Below are positions 21,401-34,049 of a stretch of 47,951 bases of DNA, piece after piece. The position numbers and the translations under genes were made by a program. This DNA comes from Intoshia linei (lineage: Eukaryota > Animalia > Orthonectida), in the NCBI GenBank assembly GCA_001642005.1, contig LWCA01000140.1, forward strand, positions 1 through 47,951. The letters run 5' to 3'. How positions within the stretch are numbered: the first letter of the stretch is position 1; each line of letters opens with the position of its first letter. The notes under the pieces are model-generated. The model was not told the DNA's origin. It saw only the letters and a program-made list of their open reading frames with translations, and searched no databases.

Positions 21401-24400
21401 ATAATTCAAAATAAAAAATCAATAAAAGTGAAATATAAAAAATTACACAAAAGATAATTAAAGATTAATATCATGGCAAAAATGACTGGTGCAATTCGCT
21501 AAACACTGTTAAATAAAAAACCTAAATAATGTTACTAGAAAAGAAAAGTCTGGATTAATATCCATCAACTAAAAAATGTAAAATTAAATTTAATGAATAT
21601 AAAAACATTACATTTTGCCAGTACAAATCATTTAAAGGAGTTCTAAAAATATTCCGTCCATCAAAAACTACGATGAACAATTGTATTAAGTATAGTTACC
21701 AGCTGGGTTATTATTAGGGTTGTCAGTTTCGGGGTTTTCAACGTCAGCTTGTAAGTCTGCTTCGCCAGTAGAAGAATTTGAAGCACTATCATCAAATTCT
21801 TCAGATGAATCAACAATGGGATTAGCAAAATCAGCAACATTTACATTATCGTCATTAAAAACAGGCACTCCATTTTCATTATTTGTGTTAATCACTGTAT
21901 CTCCCTAATGGCAATATTTTAATAAAATAACTCATTTTGATTCTATTCATCAAGTACTTTCTTAAAACTTTAGTTACTTTACTTGAACTATACTTGTTGG
22001 TAAAATATAAAAAAATTACCACATATTTCAAATTAAACCATGTGGGTCCATTATCATGCAACAACGTATCATACAGAGCACGTGAATCGATAATAATAAT
22101 GATAATAAACATAAAAACGAGGGTGCCATATAAAAGATGAAGATAAAATTCTTCGCTAAATTTAAAAACTATTACATTACAATAAAACTAACATGTAAAA
22201 AAGTATTTTCATCATGAATAAATTTACTATGATAGAAAAAGATGCAAAGTATTTGACCAATATTTGCCATCGTCCAACAGAATAATCAAATGGCGCGCTA
22301 ATATACGTTAAATACCACTATACAACAAATAAAACCAAATTACCTGAAAAAATTGGAAAAATAAACAACCAAATCAGCAACCCAAAAAAATAATTTATAA
22401 ATATTCGAGTCCAAATGTATATATAGCGACACAATCCAGATAATAAGACTTTAAACGGTAAAATTTTTGGTCGGTGTTTGCAATAGGCTAAAGTTATAAT
22501 AAAATTAAATATTTCAAAAATTTAAAAAGTAATGTAAAATTTTTGAAATTTAAATGATTTTTTAATCATTTAATGAATAATGACAATCTCAAAGTATTTT
22601 CAATTTAAATTATCGCCAACCTCAAAACTTCAGAGTCCAAAAAGAGCAAGATAACTTACAATATATAAATATTATATTCCAAAAACTTGCAATCATAGCA
22701 AAGAACAATATTTGGGTATAATCATCAAGGTAAAATAAAAATAAAGTAAAATATTTATCCTAAACCAGCGTTCCCAAATGCCAGTCCTAACAATTTTTAC
22801 TAATTAGAATTCAATTTATTATGTTTTTTATCAATTTTTTTTTAATGTTGCGTGGAAATTTCCCTTAAATAAATGGTCCGTAATTAATTTTATAATTTAC
22901 TAGCTTGACTGTTATATACTTTGTACACACAAAATCCTGGTTCTGCCGAATGTGAACAATTTTATTAACCAGAAAAATAATTTCACATGTCAATAAGAAA
23001 ATTTAACGTAAACATGCTACTATTCAATATTATAAATCATTTAAACGAGTAGTTCCAAACTTGTTATAGGTGGACCCGTCATATCACCTTACATTTTAAT
23101 TTAAAGTGAATTATTCCGCGTTAAATTTATTTTGTAACATTTGTGTAAAGAATTTTTAAAAAAATTGTTATTCCATTTTCTTAATTTATTAGACAGAATG
23201 TGTATATAACATATTTAAAAGAAGTAAAAACAGTACAATCCTAAAAATTGTTATAAATAGCATAAATTCAAGAAAAAATAAAATATTAAAAACTTATTTT
23301 GTTATTTTCAATATGATAATATATATTCAATACCAATTTAATAAATAATCAACAATATCAATTATTTATCAATAATTAACGGAATCAGCACTTTAGAAAC
23401 ATATTTCAGATGAATTTTACCAATATTGTAAAGCATTGTAAAAAGTATAAAAATAATAGAAAAAAGTTGTATTAATTTTAGTAATTAGTTTTTGTAGTTT
23501 TAATTTAAATTTTAAACAAATAACTTTAAAAATAACAATTTGAGAATCAAAAATTGCGAAGAATTGAAAAAAACCCGAAAAATCAATTATATATATTTCC
23601 ACTTATATTTATTTATTGGAAATGTGTAGACCAGTGTTTCTCAAACCATTTTGAGCATTCACCCCTTGTGACACATATTTTTGTTCCATTCACCCCCAAT
23701 ATCACAATTATTATAACATGTCATAATTATGTAGAAATACACAATTTGCACTTATAAATGTACTGAATTAATTAAATTTGAGTACACATAACGTCTTCAC
23801 GTGATCAAATCATTTTAAATTTTCATTGTTTGTTTTATTAGAGCAACCATATTTAATTCGTACTCAATTCGTACTATTTTTTGTTATTAGTAACCATAAT
23901 AGCATCTCAATAAATAATGATAAATTTTCAAATTTCATCTTCATATTAAACTTTATTTGATATAATTCAGTGAAATTTTCACTGAAGAATGTTATTCTTA
24001 TTTGTTACGTTTTAATTAGTATGAAATGGAGTACGAAATCATGCTATTTTCATTTCGTACTTTTTGTATAAATTCGTACTTATGGTCGCACTAGTTTTAT
24101 GAATAATTTTCTCCTTAAGAATTGTTAAAATTTTGTTTTTTCTTTTAAAATCAGATAGACGAATTTTTTATCTAAAAGTTTGCTAAAATGTGATTTTTCA
24201 AAAAAATATTAGTAAAATTGTGTTTTTTCTTTTGGGATCAAATAAACGAATTTTTTATCTAAAAGTTTGCTAAAATTAAATTTTTCAAAAAAAAAAATTG
24301 GTAAAATTGGATTTTTTTCTTAAGGGCTAATAAAATTTTGGTTTTTTCACATATTTAACTTAATTGGATAAAATATGTTAAAAATTTATCATTCACCGCC

Positions 24401-25959
24401 AATCATCTAAAATTTTAGTATTCACCCTCATGAGAAGCACGTCTACACTGTAAACCAGTAACTATTGGTTCTCAACCCGTGTTCCGCGGAATTTAATTAA
24501 GGTTACGTGAAATATAAATGCGATATTTTTCAATTTAAAGTTTTGGTTATTAGTTAAAAAGAACTATCCTATATTTGCAGAGAAAGCCTTAAAAATTCTA
24601 ATGCAATTTATTATTAAAAAATTTATGTTTTTAATTTTAGAAGAGTAATTTTTTAATTAAATATCAAATTGTTTTATATATGCGACATGAGAAAAAAAAT
24701 TTTGATCATACTTTTAAATTCCGCGCAGTAAAAAAGGTTGAGAAACACTGCTGTAGAGTTCAATGCAAATTGTTTTTTAAAATTGTAGGATAATTATCTT
24801 AATTTTTTATTTTGAATTTAAATCCAAAATTTAAAAAAATATTAGTTGATAATATATTAAAAATTATTTTTCACCGGGAATACATAGATTTCTAGGGTTG
24901 AAATTTTATATTTATATCAAATGGAATAAGCTCTATCAGAATAATTTTTTTTTTAATTGTTGGACCATTAATTATTTAAAATTTTTAGTTTTACTAAAAT
25001 AGTTTCAAAAAATATAAAAAAAAATGAACATTAATACTACCTAATTAATAATAATGGTACTTTTCTGACCGTGAAAGCGTCACTTATTCAGATTGAAATT
25101 TTTTGTGTGTTTTAACAGGATACAACTACCATTTGTAATTTTTTTAAATTCTAGGGCTGTTTTCATTTAAAAAAAATGGTAATGTGGGGTTTTGATCGTG
25201 AAAATTATTTGATGTTTCCATTTATGACACAGTGTTTATCATTTTAAAAAACATCCCAGAATTTATGTTTAAAAAAATTTTAGACATGTTTCTTTTTTAA
25301 AACAAAGGGTAATTTGTGGTTTTGATCATGAAAGCATGCGTTTTTAAGGCTGAGATTAACGACAATGTTAATGATTTTAAAACTCGCCCAATAATGTTTT
25401 ATTAATTTTTTGGGTAGATTTTTTTTAAACAAAAGGGAAAATGAGGGTTTTTACCTTGAAGTACTGAGATTCTAAAACTAAAAAATAGATAAAAACACGT
25501 CCTAGGAAAAACTGTATTAGAAATGCAGTTTTTTTAAATCCTGCGACTGTCAACTTTTTCAATAAATGGTTACACATATATTCATTTTTATACGAGTAAA
25601 GGATATAATTTATTACCGGTCCTTAGTGAAAAAAGTGTGGGAACCCTGTCCTAAACGATAAACATACCTGATTTAAATACAAACTCGTGACCACATATCT
25701 CGCAATTATTAATTTTTTTAATAGAAATCCATTTCTGCAGGCTAATATAGATAAAATGTAGATTTAAAAAGTAGAATATAACCAATATTCATGTATATAA
25801 GCTTGAGTTCCAGTGCAAAGACAAGGAGAAGAAAAAGGGTTTATACTAGATTCTGAATCGCGACATACACGGCACAAATCTATTTTATAATTTAAAAATT
25901 TAAAAAATTTCTATAAATTAAGTAAATTGAATAATGTTACCCAGTTCAGTGTTACTCAT
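15481..25959 (-). CDS. MARCHF6: E3 ubiquitin ligase MARCH6/TEB4/Doa10 (RING-CH + multi-TM TD domain), 25 exons, ~867 aa
   Basis: Exons (-): 25959-25941, 25879-25783, 25741-25668, 22487-22344, 22297-22228, 22155-22020, 21904-21700, 21667-21612, 21568-21536, 21498-21447, 21396-21341, 19958-19858, 19441-19327, 19278-19084, 18920-18870, 18680-18586, 18541-18358, 18318-18199, 18152-18083, 18039-17864, 17816-17685, 16057-15968, 15925-15790, 15752-15608, 15532-15481. Total 2604 nt, open to TAA. RING-CH: LCRVCRDSESSINPFSSPCLCTGTQAYIHEYCLQKWISIKKINNCEICGHEF. Other matches: VFPALIGFWIDICSL (human VFPLICGWWLDICSL), YLPIKIGHF, IWLPTK. Confidence 0.95.
16430..17156 (-). mobile_element. Helitron-like repeat (three-unit subfamily) in MARCH6 intron
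   Basis: 5' end A|TCTTTGAGTTATATAAAA...GTCTGTGT at 17156; colinear with 12240-12887. Confidence 0.8.
17362..17503. mobile_element. Short long-TIR MITE (same family as 37917-38068; Kolobok-like ends)
   Basis: AGTGACCAGAAA..TACGT..TACTATCAATTTTAGTTTATTT ... AAATAAACTAAAAGTGATAGTA. Inverted orientation relative to the 37917 copy. Confidence 0.65.
20260..20870. repeat. Minisatellite-like repeat block (~120-bp units with AAAATCCGATTTTACCAAA core)
   Basis: Two near-identical units at 20261-20497 plus degenerate units to ~20870. Reverse-complement relatives at 24130-24350, 30000-30230 and 39050-39120. Confidence 0.75.
22900..25603 (-). mobile_element. Full-length non-autonomous Helitron with nested hAT insertion
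   Basis: 5' end A|TCCTTTACTCGTATAAAA at 25603. 3' end hairpin + TCAAGCTAG|T at 22900, the same end as the 12005 copy. Confidence 0.85.
23632..24751. mobile_element. hAT-type insertion (possibly two adjacent MITEs) inside the Helitron
   Basis: Perfect 13-bp TIR CAGTGTTTCTCAA / TTGAGAAACACTG interrupts the Helitron sequence AAATGTGTAGAC|GTTCAATG. Flanks are GTGTAGAC and CTGTAGAG. Internal degenerate ends at ~24430-24480. Confidence 0.75.
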
Positions 25960-26093
25960 TGAAAATTAAACTTTAATCGCTAAAATATAAATAAGATGTT
26001 TGGAGATTCATTAGGTGTAATAGATAAGACAAACCTTTAAATTCTTGTTTTAATCATTTCAAATCACTATAGTTTACGTAATTTATTTTCTTA

Positions 26094-26580
26094 TCCTTAT
26101 TTATATTAAATTATATTTAGTTAAAAATATATGTCTGACTGTTTGTTTATGCCAGTTTATTTAGGAAAGTAAGAGGAGTAAAATTTTAACCAGTTTTTCA
26201 TCGATTAGATTTTATCACAATTTTAATCCTTCAGGGTCGAAAACCCCAAATATAATTTTTTTAAAACTCAAGAGTTCTAGAATTTTAAAAATAAACACTC
26301 TGATACAGATTTTAAAATCAATGACAATATGATAAATTTCAATTTCAAAAACTTACTTTTTTACGGCGAAAACTCCAAATTATTCATTATTTGAAAAAAA
26401 TAAAGTGTTAGAATTTGAAAAAAATTATATTTAATACTGCATTTTCAGTTAACATTCAAAAAAATTATACCTTCATGGTCAAAAAAGCAATTTACTATTT
26501 TTTAAACAATATAAAATTATTTAAAACTTGAAGCCTTACTTTCTTAAAAATAAATAAATAGTAACACACAGACATAAATT
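26094..26580 (+). mobile_element. Old Helitron-like fragment between the MARCH6 and Hook start codons
   Basis: A|TCCTTATTTATA...ATGTCTGACTGTTTG 5' end, plus degenerate tandem units (GGTCGAAAACCCCAAAT; CATGGTCAAAAAAG). Confidence 0.6.
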
Positions 26581-26868
26581 TTTGGCAAAATGACTTGAAA
26601 AATTCCAAAAGGGTTAATTTTTGATAAATTAGTCAAGCTTTAGCAGTATAAGTAATTTTTCTCAGGATCAAACATATCTGTAATACAACTACTACAATTA
26701 ACGTATATGTAATACGCAAAACTACACCGATTAAATGCAAACAACAGAAATTCACAAAAATTCCACAAATACATGTATGAAATAAAAATTATGAACGCAA
26801 CTATAGAATTTGAATTGAAGTTAGATTCTAATATTTGAAGAATAAAAACTTTAATTAAATTGATAAAA

Positions 26869-29800
26869 ATGGATTCATTAATAAAATGGGTAAACACATT
26901 TAAAATTTTTGAGAACATAACCTTACAAGATTTAACTAAAATTGATACAATTGGACAACTACTCTCTGAAATTGATTCATCATTCTTTACAAACGAATGG
27001 TTAAAAGACAAGATAAATTTTGATAAAGATGATACATATTTGGGTATAAAAACGTTAAAGATTGATCAAATTTTGCAAGATATGGAATTGTATTTTCTGA
27101 CTGTACATAAAATTCAAAGTAAAATAAAACCGGATGCTGTCGGTATAGTGCAAAACAAGAAAGACGAAATATATGACTTATTGATTAATGTTGTTGGATG
27201 TGCAATAAATTGTAAAAATCGAAATTATTTCATTACCGTAATCATGAGTGAGTTGGATTCAGTTACTCAGATCGAAGTTAAAAAAGTAATTGAAAAATTC
27301 ATGAACAATTCTCAAAAACTTGCAATTGAGGACCAAAATACTGTTTTAGTCTCAGTTTGTCAATCAATTAATAGAAAATTCATTTTTGCCAATAACGAAA
27401 ATATTGAATATAAGAAACAAATTATTAAATGTGATTCTGAAATGGAGAATAGTTATAAAAGGATTCAAGATAAAATTCAAAATGTTTATGAAAATAAATC
27501 TAAAGGTTCGTTTTTTTATTATTTTGGATCGACTTTTTTTGAAATTTAGATAATGAATTTAAGAATCAAGCAATACTGGAAAAAATTCGATCCGAATTAC
27601 AAGAAAAAACTCAACATTTGTTTAACAGTATGCACGTTCAGGAGGAATTAAAGAAGGAAATTTTAAATTTAAAAAAAATTGGTTCTTTGAATCAAGAACA
27701 ATCTCTTTCAATAATGAGATTAAAAAATGAAAATTCCAGATTAACCGATTTGGTTGATGAGTTGAAGCATGAAAATGAAAATCTTTCTGTACTTCAATCT
27801 GAATTTGATAATTTAAAAAGTTGTGTAATTGAGAAAGATTCTTTAAAAAGAGAGACTAAACTTCTCGATAATCAAATTAAAGATTTAATGAAAACTAACG
27901 AAGATTTACAACAGGTAAAAACATTTTTTTTAAATTAAATATTTGGGTATCGAAATGTATCTTTATCTTTATGTAAGCTAGCTTTGCCGAGAGTGGAATT
28001 ATCTAATTTTAACATTAAAAATTTAATGTTGATAATTTAAACATGATAATCATTTAATTAACCGTTAATTATTAACGGAATCAGAAGTTTAAAAATATAT
28101 TTCGGATGAATTTTACCAGCATTGCAAAGCATTGTAATAAATACAAAAATGATAACTAAATTGTACTTTTAGTTGCTGTAGTTTTAAAATAAATTTCGTT
28201 AAATTTTTTGAAAATTAGTATTTGAGAATGAAAAATTGCGTAGCAATGAAAAAAAATCTGAAGGAATGAATTATATAGATTTTCACCCATATTTCTTTAT
28301 TTGAAATGTGTAGACGTTCAATGTACATTTTTTTTGAAATTGTAGGATCTATATTTATATTTTCAATTTTAATCGAAATATTTGAAAAATATTGGTTGAT
28401 AATATATTAAAAATTATTTTTCGCCGGAATGCGTAGATTTCTGGGGTTGAAATTTTGTAATTATATCAACTGGAATAAGCTCTATCAGAATAATCCTTTT
28501 TTTAATTTTCGGACCGTTAATTATTTCACATTTTTTGTTAAGTTATTTTTTTTTAAAATATATGAATACTAAAATGCTTTTTTCACCGTGAAGGCGTCAC
28601 TTATTCAGATCGAAATTTTTTGTGTGTGTTAACACGATACAACTTTACCACCTGTAATTTTTTTAAATTTTAGGGCTGTTTTTATTAAAAAAAAAAGGGG
28701 GTAATTTGTGGTTTTAGCGCTGAAGATATATTTTTTTTAAATCTAAATTTGATTTTAAAATTTGTATCGGAGCGTATATTTTTTAAATTCTCCAACTCAT
28801 TTGATTTTTAAAAAAAAGGATAATTGGGGTTTTTGATTCGTAAGATGTGAGTTTCGGAGGTTTAAATTTATCTTACTTCACCGGAAAAAACTTTAATAGA
28901 AATTTGTAGTTTATAAAATTCTAAAACTCGTAGTTATTGAAATAACTGGTAATACACACAGACAAAAAAATCATTTTATATAAGTGATGATTTTAAACAA
29001 GAATGATGGGACTTTACACCTTTTTTAGGAATCGAGAAAATTGGAGATTTTAAATATAGAAATTGAGCGGTTAAAACTTAAAAATGTTAAACTCAAAGAA
29101 GAATTACAAGGTGAGGTTTGTTTATAGAATATAATATCAGTCGGTATATATTTTAGCTTTTAATGATAAAATCTCTTCAATATCATATGAAAATAACGAA
29201 TATGTTTTACGTCTAGATCAAGTAGAATTTGAAAATAAGGTAACGTATTGACATTTTTCCGGGTTGATTTTTAGTCATTTTGGATTATGTTCATTTTTAA
29301 AAAAAAAATTTTATACACCTAAGTTGGGTGTCCCAACCCACTTTTCAAATTTTGTAATAAAATCTTAAAAACTAATTGCCTTCAAATTAATAAAAAAATT
29401 TTCCATGTCAATTTAACATTTATTTGAAAAAATCTATTTTATTAAATATTTTTCGCATATATATAGGAGTTGAAATCAAAATTGAATTATATTGACAAAT
29501 CCAACCATTTACCTGTACCAATCAACGGTAAATTATTTATTATCTATTGAGTTTTATAGCACTAAATTTATTTCAACTGGTATCAATTTTCTGAAATTTT
29601 GTAGAAATACTATATGAAAATTTGTAAATTTAAATTTTATAAACTGGAATAGTTTAACTATTAGTTACCTCAATGTTAGTTAAATTTTAGATAAAAATAT
29701 CAAAATTAAAAACCATTTTTTCTAAATTTTTTATAATGAATTTGAACAATTTAAATAAAATAATGAACTTTCATAATCTTTACAATGGCGTAGTCACAAT

Positions 29801-32800
29801 TTTACAAAAAATCATTCACTATTAAAAAAATTCATTATTTACGAGTCTGACTGTAATTATAACTTTGTATAATTAATAATTTTAAATATAATTTTTCATT
29901 TTTGTGAATATTCTTTATGTAGATGAGAACAATATGAAATCCGAAGACCCCGAATTGTTGGATATACCTCCGTCAATAAGGTAGATGTTTAACCTAATTT
30001 ATCCTGATTGGATAAAATCGTATTCCAAAATAGGTTTAACTGAGCCTAAGGCTAAGTTATTAAATTTTTTATAATTGTAAAATGCTCATAAGATTTGATA
30101 AAATCGAATTTTTCAAAAAAATATTGGAAAAGAGGATATTTCTCTTAAGGTTTGGTATAATCGGATTTTTTAAAAAAATATTGGTAAAAATCGATTTTTC
30201 CATGAGGGTTTGAAATATTTTTATTAAATTTTATTAATGTTGGCATAAAATTAGGATTTTTAAATAATAATGTAGCAGTCGTCTAGACCCCAATCAGGAA
30301 GTATTGATCTAAATGTTGCAAGAATTACATTTACATATAATTTTTAGATTACACCTATTACATTTATGTATGTCATTTATCAATATATTATATCTAAATT
30401 TCACTAATATTTAAATTTTAAAATAAAAATCAATTAAGCAAAGGTTACTGTAAAAAAATAGAAAAGGCCATATTATTATAGGGCTATTATATATTACTAG
30501 GTTGAATTAACTGAATCTTCACTTTATAAACATTTTTCAGGCGAATTTTACCAATATTGCAAAGGATTGTAATAAATATAAAAATGATACTAACAAAATT
30601 GTATTATTTTTAGTTTCTTTTTTGTAGTATTTAGTTAAATTTTATTCAAAATGTTTTGAAAATGAGAATTTGAAATTTAAAAATTGCGTAGCAATGAAAA
30701 AAATTCCAAAAGAATGAATTATGTAGATTTTCACACATATGTTTTTATTTATATTAACTGGAATAAGCTCTATTAGAATAATTTTTTTTTTTAATTTTCG
30801 GACCATTAACTATTTCACGTTTTTTGTTTTAATAAAATATTTCAAAAAAAAATATATGAATACTAAAATGTTTTTTTGACCGTGAAGTTGTCACTTATTT
30901 GGATTGAAATTTTTTATGTGTGTTAACAGGATACAACTGTACCTACCTGTAAATTTTTTGAAATTCTAGGGCTGTTTTCATAAAAAAAGAAGGGTAATAT
31001 AAGTAGGATTACTTGGGATAGCCTAAATTTTCAATCGGCTGTATATATACTCTTAAAGTGATCATAAATATAGTTGCATTTTTTAATGAGGCGCCTTTTC
31101 GTAAAACTAAACTTTTACGAGTCATGAAAATGTTTTAGAGTAATAGTTTACTAGTTTTATTTACTTACTTTATTTAGTTAATAGGTTTTAATTTATAGAA
31201 TAAAAGTGTATAAACTTGAACAAAAAATTAAACAATTAACAAATTCAAATAAAATCGATGTAAATAGTCAATTGATGGATGATTACAAGGAACGAATTTT
31301 TTATTTGGAGTCTACCATGTATATTTACATTATTATTATTAAAATTATTATTTTTTTACATTTAATGTCGTCTATGGAAACATTTATTAAAAAAAATGAA
31401 TTACTAGCTTGTTTGTTTGTAGCTAGTTCTCAAGACCTTTACATATATTTTTGACTACTTGTATTCAGGAAAAAATAAAAATGTGAATGTTTCCAACATT
31501 GAAATAAATTTCAATATGATAGTAACAAAGTTGTACTGCATTATATTCTAACTTGAACATACATTACACCACATACACCTACATAGTATTTGAAAATTAG
31601 AAACTACTGTACCTAGCAATGATAAAAAAACAGAAGGAGTCAATTTATGAGATTGAAACCTATATTTCTGTATAACAAATGTGTACACAATCAATTCCTA
31701 TATTTTTTGAAATTGTAGGATGAATATTTACTTTTTAATTTGTTATATCAAAAAATAGAAAAATATTGGTTGATGATATATTAAAAGTTAGCTTTCACCG
31801 GGAATGCTTAAATTTCTGGGATTAAAATTTTGTATTTATACCAACTAGAATAAGCTGTATCAGAATTATCTTTTTTTTAATTGTAGGATTATTAATTAGT
31901 ATAATTTTTTTTACAAAAAAAATGAATACCAAAATGTTTTTTTGACCGTGAAGACGTCACTTTGTCATATTGATATTTTTTGTGTGTGTTTACTGATATA
32001 ATTGTATCAATTGCAATTTTTTAAAATTACAGGACTATTTTTATTTTAAAAAATAGTAATCTGGGGTAATGTTCGTGGAAGTGTACTTTTTTGAGGCTTC
32101 AATTTATGATAATGATTATGATTATTGGAAACATAAAAGAATTTATATTTTATAAAATTCCAGGACTTATTTCATTTAAAAAAAAAGGGTAATTTGTGGT
32201 TTTCAACATGAAGATGTAGATTTCTGAGGTTTATATTTACGATAATGTTAATAACTTTCAAACTCGTCCAAGGACATTTTTTTTTTAAATTTTAGGGCTG
32301 AATTAATTTGAAATACAAGGGGGTTGGGTTTTGGACTCTGAATGACTCAATTTCATAAAATAAAATTTACAATACTTTGTCACTCTTAAAAAAATGTATT
32401 AGAAATTTGGTTTTTTAAATTCTAGGACTGTTATTTTTTCAATAAAACGGTATTTTTTATTTTATTAATAGAACCTCATTTATATTTCAGCTTTAGAGAT
32501 AAATTAAAATCTAATGGAGGTGAACCAAACAATAGAGAAACAGTTTCCAAATTAGTAGAACAAAATTCAAATTTACAACGACAATTGATGGATTCTAAAA
32601 AAAGAATTGACGCAACTATCCAAAATTATAAAAGATTTTTTGAAAAATGTAGATCAGTAAGTTTTTTAAAACTTAAATTTTGTTGTAATATTTTATTTTA
32701 GATTATAAAAAACTATCAAAAATTACCTGCAAAAATGTCTGATTTAATCGAAAAAGACAAAACCATCGAAGAATTAAATGTAATTATTAATTCGATCTAT

Positions 32801-34049
32801 TTAAATATTTATTTACGTGCTAATTTAAATTATATTATCCGAACAATTTTCACTTTCCAAGCAAAATTTTGGTATTTTGAAAAAATATAATAATTATAAT
32901 TTTTTTTACGTGTTAACAGTGAAATGTTGCTGTGTTAAGTTTAATTTTAAGTAATTGTCATGGTAATTATAAATATTATATTTTTGACGTTATATATATC
33001 TAAGCAACGCAATTCCATAAATTATGATGTTGTCATGTGTAACTATGAAAATCAAAATGTTATTTTTCGTCGGTTTAATAACATTTAAAACCGATGAATG
33101 TCTAAGATGTTATTTTGTAATTGTAATTAATGAAATCAAAAATTTATTTGAAAAGTGAAAATTTTTGTAATGTAATACAATTTTTCCATTATTAAATTTT
33201 AGTCAAAGATTAAATACTTAACAAATCTCAATACCGTATCTAATCAAGACATTGTAATTTTTATACTTATTTTTTTATAGTAATGTGAGCCAGAACACTG
33301 TACGGTCTAAAGTTTTGTGAGTGTTACCTGCTTGTACCCGTCAAAACTAATTATTTTCCAGCGTTAATTGAAAAACCACAGATTCTAATGTTACCTGTAT
33401 CAGTTTTTACTTATTTTGAGATTTTTCAAAAGTTAAAAACGAAACGGATTTTACTTGGTTTCCAAAAAAATTGCTATTTTAAATAAATTTTTTTTTGAAT
33501 ATTGATTAGTTTACTCGTCTATAAACATTTATACTTTCGAAAACGTTTTGAACAACGACATGTGACTGATAGGCCTAGTTTCTCACATTCTTTGTTGTTT
33601 ATCAAATAAAAATGTTTATTTAATTTATTGTTCCCAAATCTCTAAAAATTTTTAACCACCGCTTGAGCTACATGCCCCATTGACAATAGGTTTTATAATA
33701 TAAAATATAATTTTAGATTAATCTAAATATAAATAAAAAGGGAAATTTGTTTAACACTGTAAATTTTACCAATAAAACAAAATCAACTGAAACCAAATTA
33801 CGATGTGAAAAATTACGTAAATCCAAAACTTGGCTCAATATGAAGAGTTTATCTGGCAACGACAAAGTGTCAATTGACTGCGATATGAGTGAAAAAAAAA
33901 TACGACCTAAATCTTCCAATAAAAGTGATACTCTCCGAAAGGAAAATAAACGTCCAACTAGTTTGCATTCCACCAAAAGTAATAGACAAGAAACTTATAA
34001 GGAAATTAAAAAATCTAAATTAAAGTCTCCGTTAAATTATAATAAATAA
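26869..34049 (+). CDS. HOOK: Hook-family microtubule/dynein adaptor, 11 exons, ~677 aa
   Basis: Exons: 26869-27505, 27550-27914, 29029-29110, 29157-29239, 29467-29527, 29923-29980, 31199-31318, 32491-32656, 32702-32779, 33203-33253, 33717-34049. Hook domain MDSLIKWVNTF...IDSSFFTNEWL...VVGCAINC...TQIEVKKVIEKFM, then coiled coil. DIPPSIRIK resembles Hook 'TPEIREK', and YKRFFEKCRSII resembles 'YKKYLEKAKSVI'. Confidence 0.9.
27978..28990 (-). mobile_element. Near-complete Helitron-like copy in Hook intron 2
   Basis: 5' end A|TCATCACTTATATAAAA at 28990. The 3' region CTAGCTTTGCCGAG matches 12042-12055. Confidence 0.8.
30540..31008 (-). mobile_element. Helitron-like deleted copy in Hook intron
   Basis: Family blocks TTTTACCAATATTGCAAAG, GGAATAAGCTCTAT and TTGACCGTGAAG; 5'-like end TCCTACTTATA. 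Confidence 0.75.
31404..32450 (-). mobile_element. Helitron-like copy (three-unit subfamily) in Hook intron
   Basis: Colinear with 16430-17100 and 24760-25570. Probable 3' AAGCTAG|T at 31404. Confidence 0.7.

Larger units (their letters stand above)
22766..25648. mobile_element. hAT MITE with perfect 8-bp TSD, split by a nested Helitron
   Basis: TCCTAAAC|CAGCGTTCCCAAA at 22758-22778 and TGTGGGAACCCTG|TCCTAAAC at 25636-25656. Confidence 0.85.

Noticed and set aside
26691-26730. ACTACA motifs resembling ZNF143/Ronin bidirectional-promoter sites
   Set aside because: Too short, and lacking the downstream TCCC core.
26640-27011. 123-aa minus-strand ORF (also 33713..33976 and 38554..38745)
   Set aside because: Antisense to Hook or lipase exons.
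32491-32497. Tandem in-frame acceptors (CAG/TAG 6 nt apart) in Hook
   Set aside because: Would change only two residues in a linker; no evidence of use.
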